Both the position numbers and the translations under genes were made by a program. A stretch of DNA of 64,000 bases, from contig CAZAYU010000001.1 of the NCBI GenBank assembly GCA_964489445.1, forward strand, positions 4,394-68,393. Direction: 5' to 3'. The notes beneath the pieces are model-generated. The model ran no database searches, had not been told where the DNA came from, and was given only the letters and a program-made list of their open reading frames with translations. Source of the DNA: an uncultured Planctomycetia bacterium. Lineage in GTDB: Bacteria; Omnitrophota; Gorgyraeia; Duberdicusellales; 4484-171. This document shows, one piece after another, positions 18,136-28,008 of this stretch; within the stretch, counting starts at the first letter, position 1, and every line of letters begins with the position of its first letter.

Positions 18136-18732
18136 ATGAAAAGAACTGTTCTACTTGCAATCGTATGTGTTTTTTGTTCTGCTTGTGCAACCGGTCCGCA
18201 TTCTGTTTCACATTCAACGACAGTGCTGCCTGATTCCGATGACGGCTTAGGCGGAACCGGAATTGAAGCCACAGATGTTAGAACTGTTGCCAGAAAAATG
18301 GCTGTCTCAATATTAGATGTCCCAGAAATAATGAATGCTTCGGGTATGCCTCGTATAGTACTATTGCCGGTTGAAAATTCTACACGTTTCATTATCAATA
18401 AGGATATTTTTACGAAAAAGATAAGAATAGAGTTAAATAAAAACGCTACAGGCAAAGTCAGATTTTTAGCCCGAGCAAGAATTGAAGACATCATGAAAGA
18501 AAGAGAAGCAAAAAGAGAAGGAGTATTTACAGCTAGCAAAGAGGCTGACATGTTGGGGGTGGATTTCTATTTAACCGGAGAGCTAACCGGATTAAGCAAG
18601 GCTAGTAAAGGACATCGTTCGGACTATATTTTAATGGCATTTCAGTTAATTGATGCTGAAACAAGTGACATTATTTGGGAAGATGCCTATGAGATTAAAA
18701 GAGTGGGTATTACTGGTGTAGCTTATCAATAA
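18136..18732 (+). CDS. LpoB-like lipoprotein (penicillin-binding protein activator family)
   Basis: Lipobox CSAC; VENSTR, GVDFYLTGEL and QLIDAETSDIIWED are typical of the LpoB/CsgG fold. Confidence 0.7.
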   Translation: MKRTVLLAIVCVFCSACATGPHSVSHSTTVLPDSDDGLGGTGIEATDVRTVARKMAVSILDVPEIMNASGMPRIVLLPVENSTRFIINKDIFTKKIRIELNKNATGKVRFLARARIEDIMKEREAKREGVFTASKEADMLGVDFYLTGELTGLSKASKGHRSDYILMAFQLIDAETSDIIWEDAYEIKRVGITGVAYQ

Positions 18733-18760
18733 GCAATAAGTATTAAAAAAGGAGAAAGTA

Positions 18761-19183
18761 GTGATTAATAAAATTATAGCTTTATCAGTAGTTGTTTTAG
18801 CTGTAAGTGGTTGTGCTGCCGGCCCATATAAGGCCGTTAGATATGATACTTCAAAAGATTTAGAACGCCAATCTAACGTTGTTATCATGGACAAAAGCCT
18901 TAGTAACCAATTTTCAAGAAAACGAATTGTTATAGTTGGCGAAAAATCAGAGTGGACTCAGGACAATCGACTAAAGGTGTATTGTGAAATTAAGAATATG
19001 AAAAAAGATTTATTAAGACTCCAAGTCCAGACTGTATTTAAAGACCAAAATGATTTTTCAATTGAGTCAGACACAAACTGGGAATTAATTCTTGTTTCAG
19101 GATTTTCTAGTTATGCATATACTACTGTAGCTTTAAACGACAAAGCGAAAAAATACACGATAAGAATAAAATTGGCTGAATAA
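18761..19183 (+). CDS. YcfL/DUF1425-like lipoprotein
   Basis: Lipobox VSGC; LQVQTVFKDQNDF...W...AKKYTIRIK pattern. Confidence 0.7.
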   Translation: MINKIIALSVVVLAVSGCAAGPYKAVRYDTSKDLERQSNVVIMDKSLSNQFSRKRIVIVGEKSEWTQDNRLKVYCEIKNMKKDLLRLQVQTVFKDQNDFSIESDTNWELILVSGFSSYAYTTVALNDKAKKYTIRIKLAE

Positions 19184-19200
19184 TCGGAGAAGGTGAGAAA

Positions 19201-20808
19201 ATGAAAAAAATTAAATACCCATTCTTGATAATGTTTTGGGTTGTAACTTGCTTGTTTTTAGGAAGTTTTGTTTTGGTACCTCACAGCTATTGCGAAGATG
19301 AGGCTAAATTTATATATAACCAAAAACCAATAAAGAAAGTCAAAGAAAAAAATTTAAAGGTACGAGTAGCAATTTCAAGGTTTGATGAAAAAATTGATAT
19401 AGAAGAAAGCCCGTTTAATGAGCGTGAAGATAAAAAAGATGGGGACAGCGCACTAATTGAAATAAAAGATTCTGATGTAAAAATAACCATTGATGAAGAT
19501 GAGGATAAAGATGAAATATCTAAAGGAGAATTCTTAACAGGATTGATTACTAGTGCATTGCAGAAAACAGAGTTATTCGAAGTAGTTGAAAGAAGAGATA
19601 TCAATGAGATTATCCGCGAGATTAATTTCCAAAATTCAAAATGGGTTAAAAGTGATGGCGCGAATGCGCTTGGTAATATTTATGATGTGCAATATATATT
19701 AAATGGGGATCTTCTCCGTAATAAAGAGGGAGAGAAAATCGGTAAACATTATTACACTTTGGCTTTGCGAATGTATAATGTTAATACCGGTGGAATTGTG
19801 TCTTCTTCAACCATCAGCTCTCCATACTTAGAAGAAGCTGTTAGCAATGCAGTGGTTGATTTATCAAAGCAAATTAAAAAAAAACCATGGACATGTAGAA
19901 TAGTTGGGATCAACGATAGTAGGATCTATATTAATGCTGGATTAAAGGATGGTTTGGAAAAACGTGATGTTTTTTATGTGTATCGGGTTGAAGGGGAAAT
20001 TATTGATCCTAAAACTAAGGAAGTTTTAGGGCTGGAGAAAAAGAAAATTGCCAGAATAGAAATTCAAGAAGTGTTAGAAGCTAAACTATCTCAAGTAAAA
20101 GTTATAGAAATATATGATGAAATAAAAGTAGGTGATACTGTTTCAGCAGACAGAATTAATAAAGATAAACAATCCGAGTTAGAGCTATGGAAGAAGATCT
20201 ATAAAGGCAGCGATATCTCTGGTGATAAATTAAGCAAATATTCATTTATCTCTGAAGGTTATTCGCCAGAAGATATTATGACAAATTTTGGAAAAGCTAT
20301 TGTTAAGATACAAGCTGGAACATCGATGGGAAGTGGTTTTATTGTAGATGTAGAAGGCCATATTCTTACCAATTTTCATATAGTCCAAAATGCTACAGTT
20401 ATATCGGCAAAAATGATAGAAAAAAATCAGAATTTCAATAACGTGAAAGTTATAAAAGTCGACCCAGTTAAAGACATAGCCTTGTTAAAAATTGATAATG
20501 CTAATAGTTTGCCAATTGTTGTATTGGGTGACTCAGACAGGCTAAGCGTTGGAGAAAGAGTAGTTGCAATCGGAAATCCACAGGGTTTAGAAAATACCAT
20601 CTCCGATGGCTTAATAAGTGGAATAAGAGAAAACGATGGGGTCAAGCTTATACAGACAAGCGTTCCAGTGACTCATGGCAGTAGCGGAGGACCATTATTT
20701 AATATGCAAGGTGAAGTCATCGGTATAGTAACAGCAGGAATCAAAGAAGCTGGAAATCTTAACTTTGCAGTGCCTATCAATTACGCTAAAGATGAACTTT
20801 TGAATTAG
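19201..20808 (+). CDS. CsgG/FlgT-like domains fused to a trypsin-like (S1C) serine protease
   Basis: FEVVERRDINEIIRE (CsgG-like) and IYINAG...G. Catalytic triad intact: LTNFH, DIALLK, GSSGGP. Confidence 0.82.
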   Translation: MKKIKYPFLIMFWVVTCLFLGSFVLVPHSYCEDEAKFIYNQKPIKKVKEKNLKVRVAISRFDEKIDIEESPFNEREDKKDGDSALIEIKDSDVKITIDEDEDKDEISKGEFLTGLITSALQKTELFEVVERRDINEIIREINFQNSKWVKSDGANALGNIYDVQYILNGDLLRNKEGEKIGKHYYTLALRMYNVNTGGIVSSSTISSPYLEEAVSNAVVDLSKQIKKKPWTCRIVGINDSRIYINAGLKDGLEKRDVFYVYRVEGEIIDPKTKEVLGLEKKKIARIEIQEVLEAKLSQVKVIEIYDEIKVGDTVSADRINKDKQSELELWKKIYKGSDISGDKLSKYSFISEGYSPEDIMTNFGKAIVKIQAGTSMGSGFIVDVEGHILTNFHIVQNATVISAKMIEKNQNFNNVKVIKVDPVKDIALLKIDNANSLPIVVLGDSDRLSVGERVVAIGNPQGLENTISDGLISGIRENDGVKLIQTSVPVTHGSSGGPLFNMQGEVIGIVTAGIKEAGNLNFAVPINYAKDELLN

Positions 20809-20825
20809 TCTACTGTGTAAAATTA

Positions 20826-20851
20826 CCAGACGTCCTATTTAGGTACACCCC
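20826..20851 (+). repeat. 26-bp site, R orientation (last copy seen)
   Basis: ccagacgtcctatttaggtacacccc, starting 18 bp after the protease stop. Confidence 0.92.
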
Positions 20852-21086
20852 AGAAAGAATAATTGGTTAAATTGATCCCGCCGAGTTGAGAAAAATTATC
20901 AAATTCAGCCTAATTCAATATTTCTTATTAAATAGTAATTCTTAACCTTGTATGTTTCTTAATCGTATCTATTTAAATACATTTGTGTTATACTTAAACC
21001 CATTAAAATTTAAGGATTGAGTGCCTGTGATGCTCAATTTTACGCTCTTTTGCATTTTGAAAAATATCTCCAATAAAGAGGAAAAT

Positions 21087-22250
21087 ATGAATATTCTTCA
21101 TATAGCTACGTTAAATCGGCCCATTAAGCCAGATTTGGGCTACGGTCCTATTGAATCGGTTATCTATAATATCGATAAAGGATTGCACAAGATAGGGCAT
21201 CGCTCAATAATAGCCTGTTCTGGTGATTCTCAAGTCTTCGGTGAAATCTTTCCCACAATTAAAAAAAGTTTTAGTGAATATTGGAGCAAGGATACACACT
21301 TGCAGCGGAAAAATACTCTAAAACATCTGGTGATGTCTCTTGAAAGAGCTAACCGCGGTGATATTGATATTATTCACATGCATGATGCTGCTATGGTTGA
21401 ATATGTATTTGACGGAGTTTATGAGAACTCTGTTCCTATTGTTATGACTCTTCACGTTCCGGCTGAGGATAAAGGATCATTTATTCGTTGGCGCAAAACA
21501 CTCACCTCTTCTTCAAACGTTAATTTTGTTCCTATTAGCCAATACCAGAGAATCCAGCATAAGGAATTGATTAATATGCATCAAGTTATTCATCACGGTA
21601 TTGATGTGGAGGATTATCCTTTTGAAAAAAATTTCGAGAAGCAAGAATACTTATTTTCTATGGGTAGAATAACTCAGGACAAAGGACAAGACAAAGCTAT
21701 TGAAATTGCAAAAAAGACTGGTTACCGTCTAGTTATTGCTGGTAATGTTCAGAACAAAACAAAAGACAGGGACTTTTTTAAAAGTTTACGAAAAGATATC
21801 GACTTGATCATTAAGGGTGACAAGCCTTTTACAGGTGATGAGTATTATCGTAAAGTCATAAAACCAACTCTTGATTCAAATAAGCAAATTATATATATTG
21901 GAGAAGTGAATAACGCGCAAAAAAAGCTTTGGTACCAATATGCAAAGTTTTTTCTTTTTCCAGTTCAATGGGGTGAGCCATTTGGGCTTGTCTTGGTTGA
22001 ATCTATGGCTTGTGGCACACCAGTAATTGCTTTTGACAAAGGTTCAGTCTCTGAGATCGTGGTTCATGGGAAAACTGGATTTGTGGTTAATTCAATTGCT
22101 CAGATGGCTATGGCTGTTAAGTCGAAAAAAGATATTAACTCTAGTGATTGTCGTAAGCATGTGAAAGATAATTTTTCAATCGCTAGCATGTCCCAAGAAT
22201 ATTCAAATCTCTATCACCGTATAATTAAAAAAAGAGGAATCAATGCCTAA
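21087..22250 (+). CDS. GT4 family glycosyltransferase
   Basis: YGPIE, HHGID, GRITQDKG and EPFGLVLVESMACGTPVI. Confidence 0.92.
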   Translation: MNILHIATLNRPIKPDLGYGPIESVIYNIDKGLHKIGHRSIIACSGDSQVFGEIFPTIKKSFSEYWSKDTHLQRKNTLKHLVMSLERANRGDIDIIHMHDAAMVEYVFDGVYENSVPIVMTLHVPAEDKGSFIRWRKTLTSSSNVNFVPISQYQRIQHKELINMHQVIHHGIDVEDYPFEKNFEKQEYLFSMGRITQDKGQDKAIEIAKKTGYRLVIAGNVQNKTKDRDFFKSLRKDIDLIIKGDKPFTGDEYYRKVIKPTLDSNKQIIYIGEVNNAQKKLWYQYAKFFLFPVQWGEPFGLVLVESMACGTPVIAFDKGSVSEIVVHGKTGFVVNSIAQMAMAVKSKKDINSSDCRKHVKDNFSIASMSQEYSNLYHRIIKKRGINA

Positions 22251-24204
22251 AGATATCCCAATAAGTAACGGATCTTTATTATTGAATTTTGATTCAGATT
22301 ATCAGATTAGGGATATTTATTTTCCTTTTATTGGTCAAGAGAATCATTCAAGCGGACATCCTTTTCGTTTTGGAGTCTGGGTTGAGGGAGAATATTCATT
22401 GATAGGCCCAGAATGGGAAAAAGATTTAAGATATCATGACAAAAGCTTAGCAACTAATGTTTTTCTTAAAAACAAAGCTTTAGATTTGGAAATTCATTGT
22501 TGCGATGTTGTAGATGTTGATCTAAACGTGTATATCAAAAAAATTGAGGTTTCAAACCTTAAAGATAAGCCACGAGAAGTTCGTCTTTTTTTTAGCCATA
22601 ATTTTAATTTATATGGCAATGATATTGGTGGTACAGCTTATTTTGATCCACGCAGCTGTTCAATTATACACTACAAAGTTCATCGTTATTTTTTAATCAG
22701 CTCTTTAGCTAACGATCAATGGGGAATTAAGCATTTTTCCTGTGGCCGAAGAAATACCTTAGGCAATTTAGATAAAACTATGAATATAGCCAGGGGTGAA
22801 TTAAACCAAGAAGCTACAGCTTGGGGAACACCTTATTCTACTGTGGGTATCTGGTTACAATTGCCAGCTCAAGGAAAAACAACTACTTATTATTGGATTG
22901 CTGCTGGGATGAATTACAATGAAGTATCTGGCCTTAATCTAGAAATACATAAAAAAACTCCCGAGGAATTATTTAAGCGTTCCCTTCGTTATTGGAAGAC
23001 TTGGGTAGACAAGGATTTAACTCATCTTCAATATTTGCCAAAATCAGTAACGAATATTTTTGATCGAAGCCTCTTAATTTTAAGGACCCAAATTGATAAT
23101 CATGGCGCAATAATTGCTGCTAATGATTCTGATATTATTCGCTTTGGCAAGGATACCTATTCTTACATGTGGGGAAGAGATGGAGCTTTTGTTGCTGCTG
23201 CTTTAGCAAAGGCGGGATACTCACATTTATGCATGAAGTATTTTGACTTTTGCAATAAGATTTTGTCTGATGAAGGATATTTATTCCAACACTACAACCC
23301 TGACGGATCACTTGCTAGCAATTGGCATTCTTGGATAGTTGAAGGTAAAGAAGTTCTTCCTATACAAGAGGATTCTACAGCTCTTACTCTTTGGTCTCTT
23401 TGGATACATTACCAAAGTTTAAATGATATAGAATTTGTGAAACCACTTTATAATTCATTAATTAAAAAAGCGGCTGATTTCTTATTTAGATATCGTGACC
23501 CTGAGACTTTATTGCCTTTACCATCTTACGATCTTTGGGAAGAACGTTACGCCACGCATACGTATACAGCTGCATCAGTAGTTGCTGGTCTTAGAGCTGC
23601 AGCTAATTTTGCTGATCTTTTTCAAGATAATGTTTTAGCTAATAAATATAACTCTGCAGCAGAGGAAGTTAAAGAGGGGATTAAAAAATATTTTTTCCAT
23701 ACCGAACTGGGGCGGTTTGCTCGTTCAGGACTAAGAATAAAAGATGGTTACCAGCTAGATGAAATTGTAGATGTTAGTCTTCTCAGCTTAGCAACTCTAG
23801 GTATTTTTGATTCGAATGATCCTTTAATCAAAGAAACAGTTAAAGCAGTATATGATAAACTCTGGCTGAAAACCCCCGTTGAAGGTTGCGCAAGATACGA
23901 GAAAGATTTTTACCAACGTGCAGATAATTGCCCTGATAATATCCCCGGAAACCCCTGGTTTATCTCTACTCTTTGGTTAGCTGAATATTATATAGAGCAA
24001 GCTCAAGATAAAGAGCAGCTTCAAAAGTCTCTCTTTTTTATTGAATGGTGTGTAAAGAATGCTCTTGCCTCAGGGGTGCTTGCTGAACAAGTAGATCCTT
24101 ACAAGGGTTCACCACTTTGTGTATCTCCCCTTACTTGGAGCCATTCGGCTTTTGTTTGGACAGTACTGAAATATATTGACAAATTAAGCGAATTAGAGAT
24201 ATAA
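22243..24204 (+). CDS. Glycoside hydrolase family 15 (glucoamylase/trehalase-like)
   Basis: YSYMWGRDG, DLWEER, LAEQVDP and PLTWSHS. Confidence 0.92.
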   Translation: MPKDIPISNGSLLLNFDSDYQIRDIYFPFIGQENHSSGHPFRFGVWVEGEYSLIGPEWEKDLRYHDKSLATNVFLKNKALDLEIHCCDVVDVDLNVYIKKIEVSNLKDKPREVRLFFSHNFNLYGNDIGGTAYFDPRSCSIIHYKVHRYFLISSLANDQWGIKHFSCGRRNTLGNLDKTMNIARGELNQEATAWGTPYSTVGIWLQLPAQGKTTTYYWIAAGMNYNEVSGLNLEIHKKTPEELFKRSLRYWKTWVDKDLTHLQYLPKSVTNIFDRSLLILRTQIDNHGAIIAANDSDIIRFGKDTYSYMWGRDGAFVAAALAKAGYSHLCMKYFDFCNKILSDEGYLFQHYNPDGSLASNWHSWIVEGKEVLPIQEDSTALTLWSLWIHYQSLNDIEFVKPLYNSLIKKAADFLFRYRDPETLLPLPSYDLWEERYATHTYTAASVVAGLRAAANFADLFQDNVLANKYNSAAEEVKEGIKKYFFHTELGRFARSGLRIKDGYQLDEIVDVSLLSLATLGIFDSNDPLIKETVKAVYDKLWLKTPVEGCARYEKDFYQRADNCPDNIPGNPWFISTLWLAEYYIEQAQDKEQLQKSLFFIEWCVKNALASGVLAEQVDPYKGSPLCVSPLTWSHSAFVWTVLKYIDKLSELEI

Positions 24205-24226
24205 TTGTTTAAAAAGGAGGCATAAA

Positions 24227-24310
24227 ATGGGAGATAAAGGCAAGAAAGATAAAGAAAAAAGCAAAAAGCAAAAAAAAACAAGCAAAGAGAAAAAAACAAA
24301 AAATAGTTAG
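24227..24310 (+). CDS. Tiny Lys-rich peptide (27 aa), not in the ORF track
   Basis: AAGGAGG RBS followed by MGDKGKKDKEKSKKQKKTSKEKKTKNS*. Confidence 0.5.
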   Translation: MGDKGKKDKEKSKKQKKTSKEKKTKNS

Positions 24311-24410
24311 AATCTAAATCACAATTTCTCTCAAACTGCCCATTTAAGAGTGTTGGCTAGGGCCTTTATTAGGATTAATCTATTTTTGTAATTTTAAGAA
24401 AGGTTTTATT

Positions 24411-25982
24411 ATGCTTGATCAAGCTAAAAAACGCTATAGGCTGCGAATTATCATACCAGCATACCCCGCCTTTAATATTTATTCGGGTATTGCCAATAAA
24501 ACAACTGCTTTGGGGCCGGTTTGCATAGGAAGTGTTGTGAATAAATTAGAAAAGTGGGATGTTGAGATTATTGACGAAAATAATCTCAGACGTTATGGTC
24601 CGCGAGACGCTTTAGGCGGTGCGGATCATGAGTATTTGCAAAAAATCAGACCTGCTGATGTAGTTGGTTTATATGGAGGCCTTACCAGTACTATACCCCG
24701 ACTTTATGAACTAATTAAATTTTATAAGCAAAATGGTGTAATTGTTCTAGCTGGAGGCCAGCACTTTTCTCAAGAAAATTATCAAGAAGCCTTAGATATT
24801 GGATTGGATTATATTGTTATTGGTGAAGGAGAAATTACAATCAAAGAGCTTCTTGTGAAAATTGAGACCGGACAAGATGTTTCAAGTGTAAGGGGAATTG
24901 TCTACCAAAAAGACAAGACGATTCATACAACTGATTATCGAGAACCAATTAATGACTTTGATATTTTGCCACGGCCAGATTTTTCATTGGTACGTTATGC
25001 AAAATTAAAAATTTTTCCTGTAGGTAGGATCAGAGGCTGTGGCATGGATTGTGAATTTTGCACTGTAAAAGGCAAGCCTCGCTGTGCATCACCTGAACGC
25101 TTAATGGAAGATATATCTCATCTTCTTGAGACTCAAGATGCCAGGCATTTTTTCATTGTTGATGATTTATTTGGTCAATTTCGTGATGAGACAATCCGTT
25201 TTTGCAAAATGCTTAAAGATTATCAGAAACAAGTAAGAAAACGTCTTGATGTGGTAGTACAAATTCGCCTAGATAAAGCTAAAGATCATGAGCTACTTTT
25301 AGCCATGAGAAACGCTGAGATTAATACTGTAGCTATTGGCTTTGAATCCCCAATAAAAGAAGAATTGGAGGCAATGAAAAAACATATACGGCCAGATGAA
25401 ATGATTGAGCTTGCCAGAACATATCATCGTTTCGGCTTTTTAGTTCACGGTATGTTTATATTTGGTTATCCACTTAAAAGCAAACACATTTTGAATGTGA
25501 GTCTAAAAAATAGGATAAAAAGTTATAAAAAATTTATTAAAAAAGCTAAAATTGATACTATTCAAGTTCTTCTCCCAGTTCCATTACCCGGTACTGAGCT
25601 TAGAAAAAGATTAGAGAAAGACAATCGAATATACCCAAAAGATGATATCGGTTGGGAATATTATGATGGTAATTTTCCTATCTTCGAACCTGATGCCCAG
25701 ATTAGCGCACAAGAATTACAACGCTCTATTCGTAATATTATGAGCAGATTTTATGAATTCAAATATATGTTTATGATAGGCCTACAAGCCTTATCTTTTA
25801 CATCAATGGTTTTTTACTTTTATAATTTAAAAGCCGGCTGGAGAAGATGGTATAGACCTTGGAGAAATAGTTTAGCCCGTTTTGGAGGATGGATATTGAT
25901 GAAAGGTTGGGCAAAACAGTTAAAAAAGGGTTCCTTTCAAAGCCGTCTCGCACGTGCCCAAAAACACAAAAAAGATAGTTAA
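24411..25982 (+). CDS. B12-binding radical SAM protein
   Basis: GGQH...GEGE cobalamin-binding region and RGCGMDCEFC (CxxxCxxC). Confidence 0.92.
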   Translation: MLDQAKKRYRLRIIIPAYPAFNIYSGIANKTTALGPVCIGSVVNKLEKWDVEIIDENNLRRYGPRDALGGADHEYLQKIRPADVVGLYGGLTSTIPRLYELIKFYKQNGVIVLAGGQHFSQENYQEALDIGLDYIVIGEGEITIKELLVKIETGQDVSSVRGIVYQKDKTIHTTDYREPINDFDILPRPDFSLVRYAKLKIFPVGRIRGCGMDCEFCTVKGKPRCASPERLMEDISHLLETQDARHFFIVDDLFGQFRDETIRFCKMLKDYQKQVRKRLDVVVQIRLDKAKDHELLLAMRNAEINTVAIGFESPIKEELEAMKKHIRPDEMIELARTYHRFGFLVHGMFIFGYPLKSKHILNVSLKNRIKSYKKFIKKAKIDTIQVLLPVPLPGTELRKRLEKDNRIYPKDDIGWEYYDGNFPIFEPDAQISAQELQRSIRNIMSRFYEFKYMFMIGLQALSFTSMVFYFYNLKAGWRRWYRPWRNSLARFGGWILMKGWAKQLKKGSFQSRLARAQKHKKDS

Positions 25983-26224
25983 AATCAATAATTAGCTTGC
26001 GCCAAAAAGAAGAAAACAGGTAGAATCGTTTTTCTTTTGTAAAACATAACGATAGAGGAAATAAGCCTGATAAATAAAGCTTATTCAAAAACCACTTCTT
26101 TTATCAGCTCTCCGATTCCGCTGTGTATCCTCTCTCCATAAAACCATTGAATTTTTTATTTAAGAGTATATATTGGAATAAGAAAGGTAAACCCTGATCT
26201 TGCAGGTCTACTAACAAATAATAA

Positions 26225-26515
26225 ATGCCTAAACCATACACTATAGCTGAGAAAAGCTTTCCCACTAAAACTGCCACTATTGAATTTATTAAATCAATTT
26301 TGTACAAATACAAGCTTAATGAGAAACTAACAGGCGAAGATTTTGATTTTGTACTTGAACTTTTAAAGCGACGTCCTGATTGTAAAGAGAAGATGGGCCC
26401 AGGTGTAAAAGAGCTTATCGTTAGAAAACACGAAAAGTGGCTTAACACTCGCTGCTTTTATGTAGTTAGAATAGATGACAGTAGCGAGGCTTTTGGCTAT
26501 CGCGGTTGTCTATAA
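26225..26515 (+). CDS. DCL/DUF3223 family protein
   Basis: ELLKRRPDCKEKMGPGV...TRCFYVVRIDDSSEAFGYRGCL matches the DeCL domain pattern. Confidence 0.8.
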   Translation: MPKPYTIAEKSFPTKTATIEFIKSILYKYKLNEKLTGEDFDFVLELLKRRPDCKEKMGPGVKELIVRKHEKWLNTRCFYVVRIDDSSEAFGYRGCL

Positions 26516-26649
26516 ATAAAAACTAAAGATATTAGAAATGTATCAGAACATCTTGAAAATCCTATTTTAGAAGTATCCACTGTGAATAAGAGAAAAAATA
26601 CAAGAAACAAGATTTGACTTCGTTATTTTATCAAAAGGAGAATAGACCT

Positions 26650-27105
26650 ATGAGCATAACCGCACTTGACCACCGGCCAAATAATGTTTTTGGATTTGAA
26701 GTCATTGAAAAACTCACCCCCAAAGAATTGCAGGAATTTCTTCCGAAGATGGAAGAAGCTGTACTTAAGGCAAACAAAAAACTTAGACTGCTTATTAATG
26801 TCAGCCAAATGCACGGCGTAAATATTAAATCAGAATGGGAAATATTTGAATTCCTTAAAAAGCACATGCAAGACATTGAGCTTATCGCTATAATCGGCGC
26901 TCATTCCTGGACTAAAGTCATGAGCGAGATATTAGCTGAATCCATTTTTGTGGAAGCTGAAACACGCTATTTCAAACCCGATGAGATAGACCATGCCTGG
27001 GAATGGCTAATTAAAGCCGCTCATCCGCAATACATTCCAATACGTAAAGTTATTAGAAGCGATAAGGGCCTATTTACTAAATATGGCTCACCTGACTATA
27101 TATAA
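26650..27105 (+). CDS. STAS/SEC14 (SpoIIAA-like) domain protein
   Basis: AAGGAG RBS; KLRLLI, IAIIG and RYFKPDEIDHAWEWL. Confidence 0.8.
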   Translation: MSITALDHRPNNVFGFEVIEKLTPKELQEFLPKMEEAVLKANKKLRLLINVSQMHGVNIKSEWEIFEFLKKHMQDIELIAIIGAHSWTKVMSEILAESIFVEAETRYFKPDEIDHAWEWLIKAAHPQYIPIRKVIRSDKGLFTKYGSPDYI

Positions 27106-27141
27106 AAAATAAGATCTCAACTTAAAAGGATAATAACTAAG

Positions 27142-27954
27142 ATGAAACGTATTATTCACTTAAGCGATTTACATGTAGGGCACAAAGACTTTGACCGGCG
27201 CTTTGAAGTTATTTGTAATAATTTAATCGCCCAAATAGGAAACCAAGCGGTTAATCACGTTATTGTTATCACCGGAGACTTGGTAGATAATGCTAACAAT
27301 CATAACAATTATACTAAAGTAAAGATACAGCTGGAACGTTTAAAATGTGCAGGATTTGAGCATATCTTAGTTGTGCCAGGAAACCATGATTACGGCACTG
27401 GTCAATACGGTAATAAAAAATTTGTAAAACTATTCCGGCAGACTTTCTATCAAGATGAGATAGACTATCCACGAAAGGATATTATTGATGGTGTCGCCTT
27501 CATTGGCCTTGATTCAACCGCCGAAGAACTTCACTTTTACGATAGATTCTTTTCTGAAGGTGAGCTAGGACACAATCAATTACAGCGCCTAAGTGATACT
27601 TTAAAAGCCGAAGATGTACAGCGTTGTAAAAAACGAGTAATTTATTTGCATCATCACCCCTTTGACTGGCGACCATTACACCAGTTAAAGGATTCACATC
27701 GGCTAAAAAAATTATTAACAAGTACTATTGCTAGTGGAACTTCCATTGATGCTCTTTTATACGGTCACAATCATCAAGGTAAATCTTGCAATGGCCAATG
27801 GACAATCGCCCGCTGCTACGATGGGGGAACCGCCACATTTAAACGACGATGTTCTTTTTTAGAATGGATTCCTTTCTTAAGCGTAAGGTCTTCTGCACGA
27901 TTAATCGATATCGAAAAAGAGGACCTATCCAACGATCATGCTTTATCACTTTGA
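27142..27954 (+). CDS. Calcineurin-like metallophosphoesterase
   Basis: DLH, GDLVD, GNHD, HHHP and GHNH motifs. Confidence 0.92.
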   Translation: MKRIIHLSDLHVGHKDFDRRFEVICNNLIAQIGNQAVNHVIVITGDLVDNANNHNNYTKVKIQLERLKCAGFEHILVVPGNHDYGTGQYGNKKFVKLFRQTFYQDEIDYPRKDIIDGVAFIGLDSTAEELHFYDRFFSEGELGHNQLQRLSDTLKAEDVQRCKKRVIYLHHHPFDWRPLHQLKDSHRLKKLLTSTIASGTSIDALLYGHNHQGKSCNGQWTIARCYDGGTATFKRRCSFLEWIPFLSVRSSARLIDIEKEDLSNDHALSL

Positions 27955-28008
27955 TTAAATAAACGAGGCATTTAACCTGAGGCACCACCATGCTCAGCTG
28001 TAAAGAAA

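Noticed and set aside
7029-20851. 26-bp repeats as a CRISPR array
   Set aside because: Copies are 0.15-5 kb apart, occur in both orientations and are separated by whole genes. No cas genes are present.
8861-20851. Classical integron attC sites
   Set aside because: I found no RYYYAAC...GTTRRRY box pairs at the module ends and no intI in the window. The analogy is architectural only.
20947-20962. cttgtatgtttcttaa as a fifth spacer copy
   Set aside because: Only a 14/16 match in AT-rich DNA, with no further homology and no L site.
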